Assembly (NCBI RefSeq): GCF_009914755.1
Contig: NC_060937.1
Direction: 5' to 3' (one strand)
Length of the DNA stretch: 64,000 nt
DNA from: the human T2T-CHM13v2.0 reference genome, Homo sapiens
Part shown: positions 60,277-64,000 of the stretch, piece by piece
Layout of the letters: the number at the start of each line of letters is the position of its first letter
Position numbering within the stretch: the first letter of the stretch is position 1
Position numbers and translations under genes: made by a program
Notes under the pieces: model-generated
Databases searched by the model: none
Seen by the model: only the letters and a program-made list of their open reading frames with translations
Told to the model about the DNA's origin: nothing

Positions 60277-61781
60277 CTAGCATTTCAGACATACGAGTAG
60301 AAAGTAAAACTAGAATGACAAATTAATGTTTAAAAGTATTTCTAATATAAGAGGTTAGTGGGATGTGTCTTAAAGTGGAAATATATGATTTAGAGCTCCT
60401 GACATTTACTTTTGAGAAAATAATAAAAATTATTAGAAATTGAGAATATATAGTACCTATTCTTTTTATAATTTATTTTAATACAATAAAATGTTACTAG
60501 AAATGTTACTAGAAATTTGAAAATAATGTTAGTAGAAATGTGACCTAAATATTTGGAGAGATATTAGAATATATCCAATGGAAGCAGACTAATATAGAAA
60601 AATGAGCACTCTACTGTGATATTTGAGGCCCTGGATCTCCCATTTTGTGACCTATGGCCAACTTTCTAGGCTGTAATCATCCCATCTGTGAAATGAAGAG
60701 CATGACCTCATCATTACCATAGTTGCTGTGGTGTCCTTCATCTCTAAAACTTAATGTCTGTCTAAATTGAAAGCATCCATATGTCAGTTTCTACCTAGAA
60801 ATTTGTGGTTCATATATTCATATAGCTTGAAGGACTATATTTTCTTGCCATTTATATTTAAAATGATGTGTAATCTACAGACACAGAGTTTTTCCAGTAG
60901 TGAGCAATATAGTTAGAATCTTTGTGGGTACAGGTTGCATATATTTTAAAATTGTTAATGGTTGAGTTGAGAAGGTTTCAAATCTCAAAATCTCTTTACA
61001 TTAGAAATACTCTTGGCATAGGAGTATGACATATTACACATAGTGAATTAAAGGCATATGAAAAAATGTCTGTTTAACGAAGTAATTTTAGTGGAAGTAA
61101 CTCAAAATTATATGAATATTGTAATTCCAAATTTATCTCAGCAGGCTAGCATGATTACTTAGTGGTATTTTGTTTTACAGTGATATAGGAGAACAAATAA
61201 TTAAACTATGCTTACCACTATTTCATAGCTAGTGAGGTAAATTATTTTCTGAAAATCTCAGTTGGGCCAGTCTCTGAGCCAGATATGCTAACTTTTGCCT
61301 GTGGGATTATGTGATTTACTGGGGTCAGAATAGTCAGGTATTTTTATAGTAGGCAGTTTTACTATATGCTATGTGGACAAATTGAAAATGAAGGACTGAG
61401 TTTTTTTTTTTCCCTTAAATCTAATTGGAGATGCAATACATGAACCTACAAGGGAACATTTACTCAGCAGCATATTAATTAGTGCCAATTTAAATATTTG
61501 ATGATTGCTAGGTAGCAAAGAATTCTCTAGATCCTGAAGAATTTATGGAGAAAAGATGTTTTGAATTGGGTTTTTTGTGGATGAGGAATGTATAGAGGCA
61601 AAGATACCTAGGCAAAAGGTATGCTTGCTTACAGGTGATAGAGGTAGGAGCTTTAGTAAACTCTAATTCTTCTTCATTCTGAGAATCATAGATAAACTAA
61701 GAAATACGGCTGAGGCCCCTTAGTATCTTTAGGAACTTCAAGGGAAATGTGGGATGTGAAAAATAGTACAGTCTGTTAGAA

Positions 61782-62072
61782 TGGCTCATGCCTGTAATCC
61801 CAGCACTTTGGGAGGCTGAGGCTCGAGAATCACTTGAGGTCAGGAGTTCAAGACTAGCCTGGACAATGTAGTGAGACCTGGTCTCTACTAAAAGCCAAAA
61901 ACATTAGCCAGGAGTGGTGGTGAACGCCTGTAGTCACAGCTACTCGGGAGGATGAGAGGTGGGAGGATGACTTGAGCCCAGGAGGTGGAGGCTGCAGTGA
62001 GCCGTGATCACTCTAATGCACTGTGTGACAGAGCAAAACCCTGTCTCAAAAAAAAAAAAAAAAAAAAAAAAG
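61782..62072 (+). mobile_element. AluJ in intron 4
   Basis: Alu consensus with A tail. Confidence 0.86.
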
Positions 62073-62189
62073 GCCCAAAACAAAACAAAGTACAGAAGGG
62101 TCACAGCCATATATCTAGGCTGTATAATTGTTGTTAACTATGTGAGAAACTTCCTGAAGAGTTGTGTGGTGAGAATGTATGCCTTAGGG

Positions 62190-62416
62190 CAGTACTACTC
62201 ATAATGTGTCATGGGACCAGTGCTAGTCTGTGAATTGTCTGTTAGGAGATAAACACTGAAAATAAATGTCTAGAGACTTCTATAACAATTTGATAATACT
62301 GTGACATTCGAATATGGAATCATTTTTCTAATTATCTTTATTTTACAAAATTATAGGACCATGATTTATAGGAGATTTTTTAAAAAGTGATCTTTTTTGA
62401 TGTTTGAGAAGCACTG
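62190..62416. mobile_element. hAT-Charlie-type MITE
   Basis: Imperfect terminal inverted repeats CAGTACTACTCA ... TGAGAAGCACTG. Confidence 0.55.
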
Positions 62417-64000
62417 ATTTTCTTTTATTTGTCACATTAGGAATGCCTAATTTTATAGAGAGAAAAAGTAACCATTATTTGAGGTTTGTTAAAAATAGGA
62501 GTTAATATACAAGAGATTATTACATGAGTAAACCTTAATAGCAAGATAGATAAAATTAAATTTGACCACTGTTATGAAAAGAAGTAGTTTTGAGAGTCAC
62601 TGAATCACAAATGTGATCTAGACAAGCATTAAAATTTCCAATGAGAAATTATTTGGGAACAAAATATCTTTACAACAGAGTTAGATATTGGAATACAGAT
62701 ATTCATAAATGAAGTGATTCAGTGCTATGATATCTTGCTGATGATTCTTGCTAAGATAGAAGTGTTTATGTAGGGCAACCATGTATGATTGAGGCAAATC
62801 CCAGGCAAAATGAGAAATCTTTCAAATTTGTGTCAGCTTGGCTTTCTCCTTTTATATCTTTCTGGGCTATTGCCCTTCTTCATCTTCTTTTTTTATTCAC
62901 CTAGTCACATTTTTATTCAGCTTCCCCCTACTTCTTCCATTTCTTTGGTTTATACCCATCGTTTATATTTCTTTGGTTTACTTTAGTATGTTGTTTCAGT
63001 CAATATGCGGTTTTATGTGGATATTTGTATTATATTTTTAATACGGAGATAACAGATTTTCACTTCTGTAAATTTTTTTAAGTTTTAATAACAAGTTAAA
63101 TTCTTTGGGGTTAGGAGGCAAAGACTTTTGAAGTATCATGTTTATCTCTTCTGTTCTTGCTTTTAAAGCTTTTTGTTAGGACTAGGGAAGTGGGACCAAA
63201 GGGAGCTGGCTGGTTCGTCTGCTGATAGCTTATTTTTGAGGAGATGTGGTTGCTAGAGGTACAGTTCTGGATTATTCTGCTTGAGAGAAAAATTCACCAG
63301 CAGTACTTTTCTCCGCTTTCTTCTTTGTTTGAACCTAGCTTGGGTCTCCCTTTTGCACTGTTGTTTATCTTAAGAGCACCCATCTCTCTCTGTTACAAAA
63401 CTTACTGATGATAAATATTTTATGTTTTCTGATTAACTTGACATTTAAAAGTTTTCTTATAGCATTTTTATTCTAAAGTCTTCCTTTGAAAAATGATTTT
63501 TACATTATTTCTATTCTAGGCAAGCAAATATGGAATAACAAAGACTAGAGCATATTTACGGTAGAGTTCTTCTATGGAAAAAGATAAAGTAAATTTGGAG
63601 AAATTAATCTGAGTATAGCATAGACAATTTGGAATGTAAATCTTAATCCTTCTGATGGTTAAGCTAGGCCTTTTTTGCATATTGAATCAAGTATTGATGT
63701 CAGAAAAAATAAAGGAGAAAATGGAGAAGACATTGAAAAATAACTAAAATTTTAAAGGAGATTGTAATCTAAATTTAATCTGTAAAATGACTGTTTTTAG
63801 GTTCTTTATGTATGTTCTCAAAGAAATAATGTTTTACTTGGTATTTAGATTTCCAGTAAGCCACATCATTATCTTTTACCCATTGAGTATTGTTCACTAA
63901 TGTTTCTGGAAAATTGTGGCGAGAATTCCAAATTAATGCCCTCAGAACTATTATGCTCTGAAATCACTAAACATTCATTCACCTCCGCTTGTCAAGATGG

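Noticed and set aside
62789-63041. Hydrophobic ORFs resembling membrane peptides
   Set aside because: T-rich low-complexity intronic DNA; no match to the next PAN3 exon as I recall it

Overview
This is primate, almost certainly human, genomic DNA covering the 5' end of PAN3, the regulatory subunit of the PAN2-PAN3 poly(A) nuclease. About 17.5 kb of almost entirely repeat-derived upstream DNA (Alu, L1, L2, MIR, MaLR/ERVL LTRs, DNA transposons) leads into a CpG-island promoter that likely also drives the antisense lncRNA PAN3-AS1. Four PAN3 coding exons are present on +: 19211-19640 (contains the CCCH zinc finger), 54815-54936, 57036-57102 and 58408-58478. They join in frame (430+122+67+71 = 690 nt, 230 codons) and the gene continues beyond the window. 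Almost all other ORFs in the track are Alu or L1 artefacts. I found no convincing new gene system. The best leads are regulatory: (1) a two-uORF leader, with a 2-codon uORF and a 20-codon uORF whose stop overlaps the PAN3 start (ATGA); (2) a U12-type donor (GTATCCTT) on intron 2 lacking a clear U12 branch site; (3) an exon 2-4 circRNA that would encode a 92-aa peptide; (4) an Alu poison-exon candidate; (5) a tailless 5S rRNA retrocopy; (6) a 15-bp micro-Alu with perfect TSDs; and (7) a non-transposon direct repeat bracketing exon 4. Repeat boundaries and subfamily names were read by eye and are approximate.
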